DNA of 64,000 nt. It comes from Saprolegnia diclina VS20. Lineage: Eukaryota. The notes under the pieces are model-generated. The model saw nothing but the letters and a program-made list of their open reading frames with translations, did no database searches and had not been told where the DNA came from. The stretch is taken from the NCBI RefSeq assembly GCF_000281045.1, contig NW_008246097.1, positions 545,911 through 609,910 of the forward strand, written 5' to 3'. Position numbers and translations under genes: made by a program. Shown piece by piece: positions 11,587 through 23,532 of the stretch (its first letter is position 1; every line of letters starts with the position of its first letter).

Positions 11587-12665
11587 ATGGGCGCCGAGAA
11601 CAGTCGCGCAGCGCCACGCCCGAGCAGCACCTTCCGCGCAATCCCGGACCAGTACGAGACCTATGGTACGTCGTCACTCGTGTGGCCTCGCCACTTAGCG
11701 TGGCCTAGAGCAGCTGCAGGCGGCGCTGCGGGGCGCCGGCCTCGAGTCGTCCAACCTCATCGTCGCCATTGACTACACCAAGTCCAACACGGTATGCCAT
11801 GGCATGCTCGAGGCTCGTTCTCACGCATGCATGCTGCAGTGGACAGGCCAACATTCGTTCCAGGGCAAGTGCCTGCACGACATTGACCCCACAGGCCAGA
11901 CGTGGAACCCGTACCAGGTACAACACTGCAAGCCCGACACAGCGCCGACGCGAGCAATGTGCGTTGGCTAGTCGGTGATCCACATCATGGGCAAGACGCT
12001 CGAGACATTCGACGATGACAAGCTCATTCCAGCCTTTGGCTTTGGCGACGCCACGACGGGCGGCCGCGCGTGCTTTCCATTCCTGCCCAACGGCGAGCTC
12101 TGCACCGGGTTTGGCCAAGTGCTCGAGCGCTACAACCAGATCACGCCCTTGATGGCGCTCTCGGGGCCAACCAACTTTGCGCCCGTCATCAACGAAGCCA
12201 TTCGCATCGTGCAGGCGCAGCGGTCGTACCACATTTTGCTCATTATTGCAGGTTGACCTCGTTCGACGAACTTTGCACCTCACCGCCTCTAGATGGCCAA
12301 GTCACCAACGAGAAGGAGACCATCGACGCGATCGTCGCGGCGTCCAGCTACCCGATTTGTACGTGAACGCAAACAGCCGACTCTAACACGGCGCTGTAGC
12401 CATCATCATGGTCGGCGTCGGCGACGGTCCTTGGGAGACGATGGAGAAATTCGACGACCAGATTCCGTCCCGGCGCTTTGACAACTTTCAATTTGTCGAG
12501 TACGCCAAGATGCTGCGGCAAAACCCGCGCAACCCGGAAGTCGGCTTTGCAACCCAAGCCCTCATGGAGGTGCCAGGTAGAACGACCTTCACCCCTACTA
12601 CCACTAACGCTATACGATGCCATGTAGATCAATACAAGATCATTCGCAAGCTCGGCCTGCTGTAG
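11587..12665 (+). CDS. RGLG/copine-type vWA-only protein, copy E (MGAENSRAA...)
   Basis: Same motifs as copy D with highly similar exons, ending DQYKIIRKLGLL*. Six introns. Confidence 0.92.
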
Positions 12666-12809
12666 ACAGCCGACACTCGAGGCGCCAGCGTAGTTTATAT
12701 AAGCGTCAATCCCAAACCTGTTTCGTGCATGCTGCCTCGCTATAGACAGGCGGTGGTACCCTAACCACACCCGGTACGACCCCAACAACGGTTGCCTATA
12801 TTTAGTCGC

Positions 12810-14135
12810 ATGGCGTCGCCGGACCGGCCGATCGAGCTCGTCGAGGACCTCCTCGGCGCGCTCCTCCTCCTCCTCGCGGTGGCCTATGCCGTTGCGCTCG
12901 AGCTCACGCGCCGCCGCGTTCTGTCGCTGTCGCAGCTGGCGTTTGCGCTGGCGGCGACCATTGGCGTCGGCGTCGTCGGCGGCGCGCTCGAGCACCAGCT
13001 CTCGAACGAAGTGCTCGATCTCGCGCTCTTTGGCTCGTACACGCAGACGTACGTGGCGCTCAAGGTCGCACCGATCGCGTGCGCAGCAGGCATGAGCGTC
13101 GGCGTCGGGATCTACCTCTCGCTCTGCAGCTGCGCGTGCTGCTGCGACGCGCCCGAGATGGACGCTGCGAGCCACGAGAGCTGCATTCTGCGGCGACTGC
13201 GGCAGTCCACGTCCGTCTACCTCGTGTCTGCCCCGACGCTGTACCTTGTCATTGGCATGCGCCTCAATGCGCGGATTCGACTCAGCGCCATCAAGCCCGT
13301 GGGCGGCACGCTGCACTGGCAAGCCCTGCAGTGCCCGCTCGTGCTGTCAACCATCCACATGGGCAGCCTGCTCCTCATTTTGCTCAAGCGCATGCTCGAC
13401 CACGCCGCGCCATCGAGCGACTTTCCTGCGATTGCTGACGCGGTCGCGTCGACACCAATCGACAAGAAGGCGACACCGCGACCATCCGTGTCGCCGCGCC
13501 ACCGCGCGCTCGGCAAAGAATCTGCAAAAGAGGCCAAGTCGTCGCCCGCCAAGCCAGGCGCAGCCAGCACCAAGATGCACAACAGCGTTGTGCACGCTCT
13601 CACAGTTGCAACAGCAGCGTCGCCGGTCAAGATGCCCGAGCCCAGCAGCCGACTCAGCCCCAAGATCCGCCCCAAGCTCACGCTACCGGATGCGATGGTC
13701 GGGGTCCGGGCCAAGGCCAAGCCAGCGATCACGTCGCCGCGCAAGGACGAGAGTGAGAGTCGCCCACGCGCGCGGTCGGCGCTGCCGTCGCCAGCGACGT
13801 CGGTCGAGTCGGACGCGAGCTTCAGCAGGCCACTGGGAAAAGCCCACTCGGACCATGAGCGGCCGCGCGTGGTTGCGCGCCGGCGGAGGTCGGGTCCGCG
13901 GGACGACGGCAACATGTCGGGCCTCATTAGCAGTGAGAGCGAGACGGACGAGGACATGCTCGTGCCGTCGAGCAGCCGCCAGTTCACGTCCGAGTTTGCG
14001 ATCGACCACAACCTCGCAATGCCACTGCAAGACGACGACCGCTGGGTGCTCTGCTACGACGAAGCGACGGGCGCACCGTACTACTACTGCCACGAGACGG
14101 GCGAGAGTCGCTGGGAAAAGCCCAAGTGGGAGTAG
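12810..14135 (+). CDS. Multi-pass membrane protein with S/P/K-rich linker and C-terminal WW domain
   Basis: Several hydrophobic segments in the first ~190 aa, a CSCACCC cluster, and terminal WVLCYDEATGAPYYYCHETGESRWEKP (WW consensus). Intronless ORF. Confidence 0.8.
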   Translation: MASPDRPIELVEDLLGALLLLLAVAYAVALELTRRRVLSLSQLAFALAATIGVGVVGGALEHQLSNEVLDLALFGSYTQTYVALKVAPIACAAGMSVGVGIYLSLCSCACCCDAPEMDAASHESCILRRLRQSTSVYLVSAPTLYLVIGMRLNARIRLSAIKPVGGTLHWQALQCPLVLSTIHMGSLLLILLKRMLDHAAPSSDFPAIADAVASTPIDKKATPRPSVSPRHRALGKESAKEAKSSPAKPGAASTKMHNSVVHALTVATAASPVKMPEPSSRLSPKIRPKLTLPDAMVGVRAKAKPAITSPRKDESESRPRARSALPSPATSVESDASFSRPLGKAHSDHERPRVVARRRRSGPRDDGNMSGLISSESETDEDMLVPSSSRQFTSEFAIDHNLAMPLQDDDRWVLCYDEATGAPYYYCHETGESRWEKPKWE

Positions 14136-14206
14136 CAACAAACGAGTCGCGAGTCATGTTGAAAGAGCCATAGAACACCAACCCAGACAAGCTCACCACG
14201 TTATCT

Positions 14207-15725
14207 CTACAACGCTGCTGCCTTGGGCGACGACCCGTAGTGGTACAGGAACGCATCGACAAAGCCGGCAATCTAGCACACAGTACGAGTGGGTTGGAGA
14301 AGACGAGAGAACGAGCTGCGTACCGAGACCATGCCGCCGACAATGGCGCAGACACGCATGACAAAGTGCGTCAAGGGCACGCGGGCCGCGTCCATTTGCA
14401 CCATAAAGGGCGAAATGTCGAAGATGAAGAAGACGCCTGTGACACAAGACGCGTCACGGGCGATCCATCATTTCCAGTCCGAGGACGTACCAGGAAGCAC
14501 CGTCATTTGGCCATACGGGTTGAGGAACCGCGTCTGCTGCGTGTACGAAAACTAGATACCCGACCGATCAGATCTGATCTTGCGATTTTGATTGCAATGG
14601 CGTCGTACCTGGTTGGACTGGACACTGCCGTACCCGTCGTCGTAGATGGTCGGTACAATCTTCAAATAGTATTGGTAAACAGCACCCGCTAGAAAGTTCG
14701 GGGATTTAGTGTAAGATGACAATATTGTTCACACGAACCTTTGTCGGCAATCTTGGTCATCCCATCGAGCGGGTTCGACTGCCCTGGAAACGGCGTGCCA
14801 AAGTAGAGCCTAGGCGGAACATCAAGAAAGGGAAGGAGACATCACCGTACTTGTGCACGACGTGCGATGCGTTGTACGAGTACTGCTGGCCAGGCACAAA
14901 CTGGTGCACGAGCCGGCCCTGGCGGTGAAAGGTCCGGCCGAGGGCGACGTGAAAGTTGCCCGCCACGCGGTTCACGGCCATCGTGCCATGGAGACGGCAG
15001 CCTTCGCCATCCTTGGACTCGCTCTCCTCCTTCCCGGCCTCGCGCATGCACTGCTCGGTGGCCTCGGCTTCCTCGAGCGATTTCTCGCTAAACATGAACG
15101 CCTCCTTGACTTCGTCGCACGAGTTGCAGCACAGCGCGCCCGTCGGGTGCAGCGCGTCGTAGCAGCTGCCGCAGTAGTTGGGCGGGAGCGTCGCGGGCAC
15201 CTCGGCGCCATTCGGCACGTGCGAAATCGCCTTCCCGATCGGCGTCCCGTCCGGCGCCAGCCGCGTCTTGAAAACCGTGTTGTGCAGATTGACCTGGAGC
15301 TCACCCGCCACGTCCATCGAGTTCATATGGGCCTCTGCATAGCGCTATGAGTGCGAGGATAGAGAAAGATGCATCGTTGTACCGCGGCAGTTGAGCGCCG
15401 GGTAGCTGATGTCGAACGTGATGAGGAGCTTTTCGTTCGTCGACGTATCGACGACCATGTGCTCGTGGCGGTCCACCGTAAGGTAGTGGCTCAGCTCCGA
15501 GAGGAAGAGGATGACCATGACCACCATGGCGACGATCGACACTGCTCCATCATGCCATCATGAGGCCTCGCTCCTGCATGGCGTCGTACCTGTGGCGCCG
15601 GTCTCGGTCTGCACCTTGAACTCGCGGTGGAGCTTCGGGTAGACGTCGACCTTCTTGAGCATGCGACTCGTGCTGAAGCCATGCTCCGCGTCCTCGTCCT
15701 TGGCCACGTTGCGCTGGCGCAGCAT
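14207..15725 (-). CDS. ERGIC3: ER-Golgi intermediate compartment protein 3 (Erv46-like)
   Basis: KVDVYPK...QTETGA, a TM segment, FDISYPALNC, MDVAGE, YCGSCY, CCNSCDEVKEA, GEGCRLHGTMAVNRVAGNFHVA, PGVFFIFDISP, RVCAIVGG. Multi-exon. Confidence 0.93.
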
Positions 15726-16408
15726 CGTCCTTCGTACACGTGGAGTTGGAATCTGCGCACCGGATAACGACCGGATACGCAACACCCCAGATGATGGCGC
15801 TTTCAACTCTTTTTATTTAATATCCATCAATTTGTATGCAATACAATACAACGTTGGCGGCGACGTTGGGTCAGTTGTGTGCTGGGTTGGCCTAATTTGG
15901 ATAAACCCACGCAACTTAATCAGACAATCGCACGCAAGTCGAAGTTGTCTCGCGCGCTTGTCTGTGGGCTTGCGCCGACACGGAGCAGCGGATGCTGTTG
16001 ATTGAACAAGAGTGGCTTGAGACATGGACACGACGGAGTCGCGGGACAAGAGAATACGCCTGGGAAATGCCATGGATTACCAAGCACAACAGACCCAGTC
16101 CCGAAAGGGCAGCGCAACATCATGTGATGACACAGCAGCTTGAGCTTGAGGGATCCATGTTGACCCACGGGTACATATACATGTGTCGACGCCGACCCCC
16201 ATTCGTCGAGGGAATGAATTGACAGCGTTCCCAACGTGTGTGTCACTAGGGCGGGTAGTGGAGGTTGCGTGGGAATAGACAATCGAACGTCCATTTCTAA
16301 ATTTTTGTATTTTTGTCAAAAGTTTTGGGACCCGACATCGCGACCAACATTCCGCCGACTAGCGCAAATCTTTCGAAGCCATTTCCGCTCTTGCCAACCC
16401 AACGAAGC

Positions 16409-17448
16409 ATGGGCAGCCTCTTCTCGTCGATCGCCGAAGTCGTCGTGAGTGCACCCACAGCGAGCTTTGAGGCTATCGCCGACAAGTACGAGACCTTTGG
16501 TACGAGCAGCGTCCGTGCAAGCAGCTAGCTCATGCCATCAATCTAGAGGAGCTCCAGCTGGCGCTGCGCCAGTCGGGCCTCGAGTCGTCGAACCTTGTCC
16601 TTGCCATTGATTACACCAAGTCCAACGAGGTACATCCGCTTCTCTATATTACATGCGCATGAGATATGGCGCGTAGTGGAGCGGCCAGCGCTCGTTCCAA
16701 GGCCGCTGCCTCCACGACATTGACCCCAAGGGCTTTGAGTGCAACCCATACCAGGTACGACGCTGCATCATACAGGCAGCATCTCATGGCTGCGATAGTC
16801 TGTGATTCAGATTGTGGGTCGGACGCTCGAGCCATTCGACGACGACAAGCTCATCCCGGCGTTTGGGTTTGGCGACGCCAAGACAGGCGGTCACTCGTGC
16901 TTCAACATGGGCCTCGGTGGCAAGCCGTGCGAAGGCTTTGCCGAGGTTCTTACGCGCTACAACCAACTCACGCCGACGTTGCAGCTTTCGGGGCCGACCA
17001 ACTTTGCGCCCGTGATCCACGAGACCATTCGCATCGTGCGCGAGACGCGGCAGTACCACATCCTCGTCATCGTCGCGGACGGGCAGGTGAGCAACGTCAA
17101 GGAGACGTCCGACGCGATCGTCGCAGCGTCCAACTTTGCCATTTGTATGGTCTTCCCATGTTGATTTCAATCGCTTATCGCATTGCGTAGCCATCATCAT
17201 GGTCGGCGTCGGCGACGGTCCGTGGGACATGATGAACGAGTTTGACGACAACCTTCCGTCCCGGCGCTTTGACAACTTTCAGTTTGTCGAGTACGCCAAA
17301 GTGCTCCAGTTCAACAAGCGCAACCCGGAAGTGGGCTTTGCGACCGCCGCCATGATGGAGATCCCTGGTACGCTCTTGGTACCTGATCGTATGCTCAGAT
17401 TACTATTTAGAGCAATACAAGGCGATCCGCAAGCTCCATCTGCTTTAA
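16409..17448 (+). CDS. RGLG/copine-type vWA-only protein, copy F (MGSLFSSIA...)
   Basis: [93 protein letters not shown]. Five introns. Confidence 0.92.
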
Positions 17449-17571
17449 CAACGCTGCTCAACTAAGCTTAACTCTTAACTACACCTATTTCCATCTTTTC
17501 CAGATCTGGACATGGCAGCGACTAGAAATCCAAAACATACCAGATTCATATTCTGACGCACATGCTTGTCA

Positions 17572-20500
17572 TCAACTCTGAAAGAAGGCGGTGGCCGCCT
17601 GGTTGGTGCCCAGGAGACTGTGGTTGGTGCCGCCAATGGGCGCGTTGCACTCGGGGCAGGTGGCCACTTGCATGGCGCCACCACACTCGGTGATCACGTA
17701 CGGGTGGCCGTTCGGGCAGCTGTACCTACAACGACACAACCTTCAGTCGGTAGGAGGGCCAAACGCTGTTTGTACCAGTGGCCGCCAAAGCCCGAATTGT
17801 AGCCATTCGGATCACGTGCAAACACCTGAAAGATCTCCTTCTTCTCGGCTTGCGTCAGCGCGCCCATGCCCGAGGCGCGCGTGTACCACTGCTCTGCTTC
17901 AGCCTTTTGCGCCGACGTCGCCATCGCCGAGGCCGCAACCTCATCGACGCTGACGCGCATCTCGCGCAGGAGCGACTTGCGGTCCTTGGTCGCATACGGC
18001 TCGAGACCGCTCTGGATCGCGACCAAGCGCAGCTTGAGTCCGAGGAGGCTGCAGTCGACAAGCGACCGGTGCGACTCGACCGAGGCGCAGAGGGCCTTGG
18101 CCTTGGCTTCGAGCTTGAGCGTCGTGTTGACGAGATGCTTCATCTTTTTGGCCTTGTCTTTCGCCTTGCCCTCGGCGTTGGGGAGGCCGTGGAGCACGAC
18201 CAGCGCCACGTGGAGCGCCTCGAGCTGCAAAAGGGTCAGCGCCTTCGACTGCATCGTGTTGCGGTAGCGGTGCATGTTGAGGTCCGGCGTGTCGCGGCGC
18301 TGGAGAAAGTGCAGCTCCTTGATCGCCATCTTGTGGCTTGGCGCGAGGACTGCGCAGCGCGCCACGAGCGTTTGGAACCAGCCCTAGCATGATGCGCATG
18401 ACATTGCATCCCACATGGGGTTGCTTACCATGGCCGCCGTGACATCCAACAGCGTCTGCGACACTGCACGCTTGGCCCCCGACGCCGACACGTGCGCGAT
18501 CGCTTCGTTGAGGTACTTGAGCTCGGCTTCGTACAAACTCTGAAAGTTGAGCACGCGAGCGTAGCGGTGCACGCCTCGGAGTGGCTGCCGACAGAGCGGA
18601 CACGACTTGCGCTGGGACGTCATGGCTTGCAGCGTCAGCGGTTTGATGGTCGTGTACTTGCCAGACGCAGCGTCGAGCGCAAAGACGCTGCTCAGATCCA
18701 AGTATCCGTCCATGCTCTCGGTCGTAAAGCTATGGCCGCACGGCCACGTCACGAGCGGCGACTCGTCCGGGTCGTGCTCCTCGAGGGTCGTCTGCATGAT
18801 CAAGTCGACAATTTCGAGGCGGTTGTTGGGCGACGCGCAGTGGCGACAGCTTTTGGGCGTCGGGCAGGCTTCGCCGCAGAGGCCCGGGCACTGGTGGCCG
18901 CAGCTCAGAGCCTTGGTGCAGCGCTCGTCGCACGGAAGACGGAGACACGGACTTCCGCACGGCAGCGGACAAGATGTTTGAGTGTGCGGACAAAACCACG
19001 TGCACGGCTCCGAGCACGACGTACACGGCGCTTTGCACGGCAACGGACACTTGGAGTGCTCGCACACGGCCGTGCACGGCAGCTCGCACGGCGGACACGC
19101 GTCGGCTGCGTGACAGAACGCCTTGCAGGCATGGCCACAGACAAGCCCGCGGTCGCACGGGTACTCGCAGCTTCCTGCGTGCATCGGTTTCTACAGCAAT
19201 CGGATCTGAGTTGCCGAATCGCATCGTTTCAAAGAGGCACCTCAACAACGATGCATGTGGCGCAGCGCTGCGTGCACGCGTGGTCGCAGTCCCGCATGCC
19301 CCCGCACGGCGCCGAGCACCCATTTGCAATCTTGGCAAGGGCTCTCGCGTCCTGGTCGCGCGTCGCTTTGGCCAGCGCCTCGGCGATCGCGCACGAGACG
19401 ACCACTTCGTGCTTGCAACCGGGCATTGTGACGCGCACCTAGACAAGAGAGCGTCATCATGTCATGTTTTGCTTGTCGTCGGACCTGCATCGGGCATTTG
19501 ATCGTGCGCAGCGGATCGTGGACGCGTGCGCAGGCCACGTTGAACACCTCGTGGCCGCAGTCGAGACGGTATCGCGGAATCGTCTCACTGCACCGGCACG
19601 TCTCGTGGCAGCGTTGCTTGCAGAGATGCCCACAGGCAGCGACCGCGCGCGTGCACGCTTCCAAGCAGACGCTGGTCACGTGCGCCGGGTCATCGGGGTG
19701 GCAGAGCTTGGCGCAGGCGTGGCCACACGGCAGGCGCGCGTCGCAGCGGATCGTGCAGCCTCCATCCGGCGCGAGGCGCTGCATGTCCTGGACGCTTGTG
19801 ATGCGGTTGACGGTGCCATGCGTCTCGCAGCGCAATTCGACGAAATTGTCCAACCTACAGCACAAGACAATCAGACAGTATACGCCGAGTACGATGACGC
19901 ACATGTGTTTGTGCTCGAGGAGGTCGAGGACAATGTGGAACATGCTTGCGTGACGGCACTTTTGCAGCGTCGACGCCGACCCGAGGAGCAGCATCCCGTG
20001 CTTGGCACGCGAGAGCATTACGTTGACGCGGTTCGAGACCTTGAGAAAGCCGGTCGAGCCCGCTTCGTTGTTGCGGACGGTCGAGATCAGCACAAAATCG
20101 GCTTCGTTGCCTTGAAAGTTGTCGACCGTCGAAAGCCGCACGCACTGCTTGAGGCTCTTGACGACGACCGAGGCGGGCTCGAGAGGAGGATTGTTGGCGG
20201 CCGCATCGTCTTCGTTGGCGAGCTCAAGCTCCCGCAGCGCCTCTTCGTCCTTCTCTTCCAGTGCGAGGCGCAGGTGCTTGGCCTCGAGGCGGCGCCGCAG
20301 CAGTTGAAGCTGCCCCAGGTACGGTGTGAGGATCACAACGTCGTTGGCACCGTTGATGAGCGCATGCAGCGCCAGCTCGACCACAAGATCCGCTTCTCCA
20401 GGGTTCTGGTGCGAGAGCTCGTTGCCGGCTTCGAGGTACGAATGGTCGAAGAACCACAGCGGGTGGTTGAACCCCAGCACACGAGGGTACGTCGAGACGT

Positions 20501-23500
20501 TGGGACCGTCTACGAGTTGCGGGTACAGCGGGAAGCGAATAAGGTCGCAAATGTCTGGCGCCATGCGGCGTTGCGTGTGGAGCGTGACCATGCCGCCTAG
20601 ACTTGGCGTCAGTAAGCTCAAAATGAAAATGTGCGTACCGTGCGCCGTCTCGACGAGTCGTTCAAACATCGAAATGTCGAGGTCGTAGCCGCGCTTGGAC
20701 TGGTAGCTGAGCGGATATTCGTTCACGAGCGGGCGCAGTTGCTGGTGGTCGCCAATCTGGATAAGGTGCTCGGTCGCCGACGACAAGCAGCTGAGAAGAT
20801 GCGCTTCGAGGACCTCGCCCGCCTCTTCGATGAGCACCACCTTGGGCGCGAGGCTGCGCACGAGCTCTTGGTTCATCGCGCAGCCCGTCGTTGTCATCCC
20901 GACAATCTTGGCCTTGAGCAGCAACCGCTTGTCGCTGCTCGTCTGGAGCTCCTTGAGCTTGGCGACGCAGTCTTCGTACTGGATAAAGACGCTGTTGTTA
21001 CGCGTGCTGAGCTCCGTCGCATATTCGTCCTTCCACGTCTCGAGCATCAAGCGGCGATGCGCAACCGGCCAGTGCCACAGCGACGCACGGTGCAGCCCGT
21101 CGGGGCTTGGCGCACCGCGTTCCCAGTCCTTGAACCGCTTGTTTTGCTTCTTCTTGCCCTTCTGCTCATCAAAGCCGTCGTCATCCTTCTTCTTCAGCTT
21201 CGTCTCGGCGTAGCCGGCTTCATGGTCATCGTCGTCGTCCGACCACGGACGCTTGGCCAGCTTGCAAATGTCCTCGTACGCGTCCTCGTGCTCGTACTTC
21301 CACCACTTGAAGAAGGTTTCTTCCGATGCGTCCACCAGCACGTCGTCGAGCAAGACTTCCAGTCTCTTGCACTCGTCCTTGACCTCAAACCGGCGATGCG
21401 CTTCGTTGCGCGAGAGCGGCATGCCTTGGCGCATCGCGTACAAGCTCGCCGGCGTGAGCACCTCCGACTTGCTTCGGCCGCCGACGCGCACCATGTCCTT
21501 GCTGTCGACAATCTTCTTGGTCACGAGCTCTTCGAGAAACTGGTCGAGCGCGTGGTTGGTGTAGCACACGCACAGAATTGGACCCATGTTCAGATGTGGC
21601 TGGCGCACGAGCGCCTCGACAATGTGGACGCCAACGTAGCTCTTGCCCGTCCCCGGCGGCCCTTGAATGAGGCATACTTGCTGCGTCATGGCCGCGCTAA
21701 ACGCCAAAATCTGCGACGCGTCCAGAATCAGCGCGTGCGCATGGTCCTCGAGGAGCTCGACGAGCTGCGACCGGCTCGCGATGCGAATGCTGCGCAAGTC
21801 AATGCTCGACCGGTACCGTTGCGATAGCAGAAATGACAAGTCAAACGTCCGCGCCTCGCGAAGATACGCCGGCATCGTCGACCACATGCGCTGGCCGGCG
21901 GCGCCGCCATAGAGGCACGCTTGGAGCTCGGCCGGCAGCGAGAGCATCTCGGACGACTGCAGTGACTGCAGCACGGGCGCGTACGACGTGAAAAAAAGGC
22001 CGCGCACTTCCAACAGCACGTGGTTGCCGCCGCGTGCGAGCGCGTGCACGAGCAGCCGGATCTCGCGCGGGTCCAAGAGCTTGATGCCAATGTGGAACGT
22101 CTCTTGGGACGACACGAGGGCGACTTCGTCACGGTCGGCGACCGTGCCAAAGATTAGCGTGTCGCAGGCCATGTCGGCGACCGTATCCAACTCGGTGCGC
22201 GGGCGCGGCGGGCGAGTGTAGTCGACGGCAACCGCAATGCACACGAGGGACCCGACCGTGTAGCGCGAGTCGGCCGCCCAAAAGGCCTTGAGCGCCGCCT
22301 TGGACGCGTTCGCCACGGGCTGCGGCGCGCGGATCTCAAAGACGATGCCGTGGCGCTGCGAGCCGCGCACCTTGTCCATCGTGACGCCCTCGGCGACGTT
22401 GAGACGCGGGAGGTTGAGGTGGCGCGGCGGCTTCTTTCGTTCGCGCGCCGGTGTCGCGGGGTTGAGGTACCACTGCAACCCGACCTTCATTTGGGCGAGC
22501 GCGTCTTCGCGCAAAAGGCGAAAGTGAAAGTCCACATGGTCGGCCATCGTGCTCTGCGCGTTGGCCTTGGGGTGCCGCGGCAGCGCGGGCGGCTCGAGGC
22601 TGCGCATCTCGCCGTTCGTCGGCAAGATGCGAATGTCGTGAAAATCGACGTGGGCGTTGTCGTGCGTGGGCTGCGCCTCGACGACTACGGGGACTTGGGT
22701 CGGTCGACGCGCCGCTGGCATCATCGCAAAGCGCGCCCCTACCATGTACCAGAGATGCATGAGTGGAAGCAGTAGGGTGAAGAGGCTCGTACGCTCAGGC
22801 ACGACAGGGGCAACGCGGGACGGGACCATTTCCCGGCAAATCGAGATGGCTTCGTCGAGGTGGCGCAGCGCCTGCAACCCGCGCTCGTCCAAGGTGCCAC
22901 ACCATGCCATGAGCTCGACCAGAAAGTCGTAGTAGTCTTCGTCTTGGGGTGCTTTCGGCACCTTCTTGACGATCGTCAGGAGGAGCGATGCAAAGGCGGT
23001 GAGCGTCTCGTAGTAGAACGTCAAGTGACTAAAGAGCGCTTCGCCTTGCACCAAGCACTGGTGCACGCGCGAGAGGAAGAGCGGCGTGTTCAGGAGTAGG
23101 CGGTACAAGCGCTTCGTGTCGGTCGTGTGGGGCGAGTGCACAAAGCCGCGCGACGTGAAAAAGTGCAAGAGCGGGACCGCGAGCGACTCGAACGACCCGT
23201 CGTGCACCGAGTACGGGTGGTTCATGATGGCCTCGAGCTTCTCGATCACGTGGTCTTCCTTGTCCGTGAGGAGGATGAACTCGTCGACGATGCCAGCGTC
23301 TGCCAAGCCATCGATAAAGGCCTGCATGTTCTCGCGACGGTACCGCCCGGGATGGAAGGGCTCCTTACGCCGGAGCGCGAAGGGTAGGTCGATGGACGTG
23401 TCCCGCGCAGGTCGCGCGGTCGCCGGCCCTTGCCCGCGCGTCTTCGGGGGCCCTTTCGGATCTCCCTTGGGGGGTGCCTTCGGGCCGCCCTTCTTGCTTC

Positions 23501-23510
23501 CTCCGCCCAT
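17572..23510 (-). CDS. ZNFX1: ZNFX1-like protein: UPF1/SF1 RNA helicase + NF-X1 zinc fingers + C-terminal RZ-type zinc finger
   Basis: HFRLLRED, QGPPGTGKS, VCYTNHALDQFL, IEEAGE, IGDHQQLRP, QRRM, TVDNFQGNE, RVNVMLSRAK. Repeated CGHxCxxxCH fingers. Last exon WYSCPNGHPYVITECGGAMQVATCPECNAPIGGTNH. Confidence 0.93.
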
Positions 23511-23515
23511 GACTG

Positions 23516-23532
23516 CAACTTGAAAATGAGCT
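23516..23532 (-). promoter_or_regulatory. Oomycete INR/FPR-like core promoter element
   Basis: GCTCATTTTCAAGTTGC on the minus strand immediately upstream of the ZNFX1-like ATG. It resembles the GCTCATTYnnnWTTY consensus. Confidence 0.55.
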
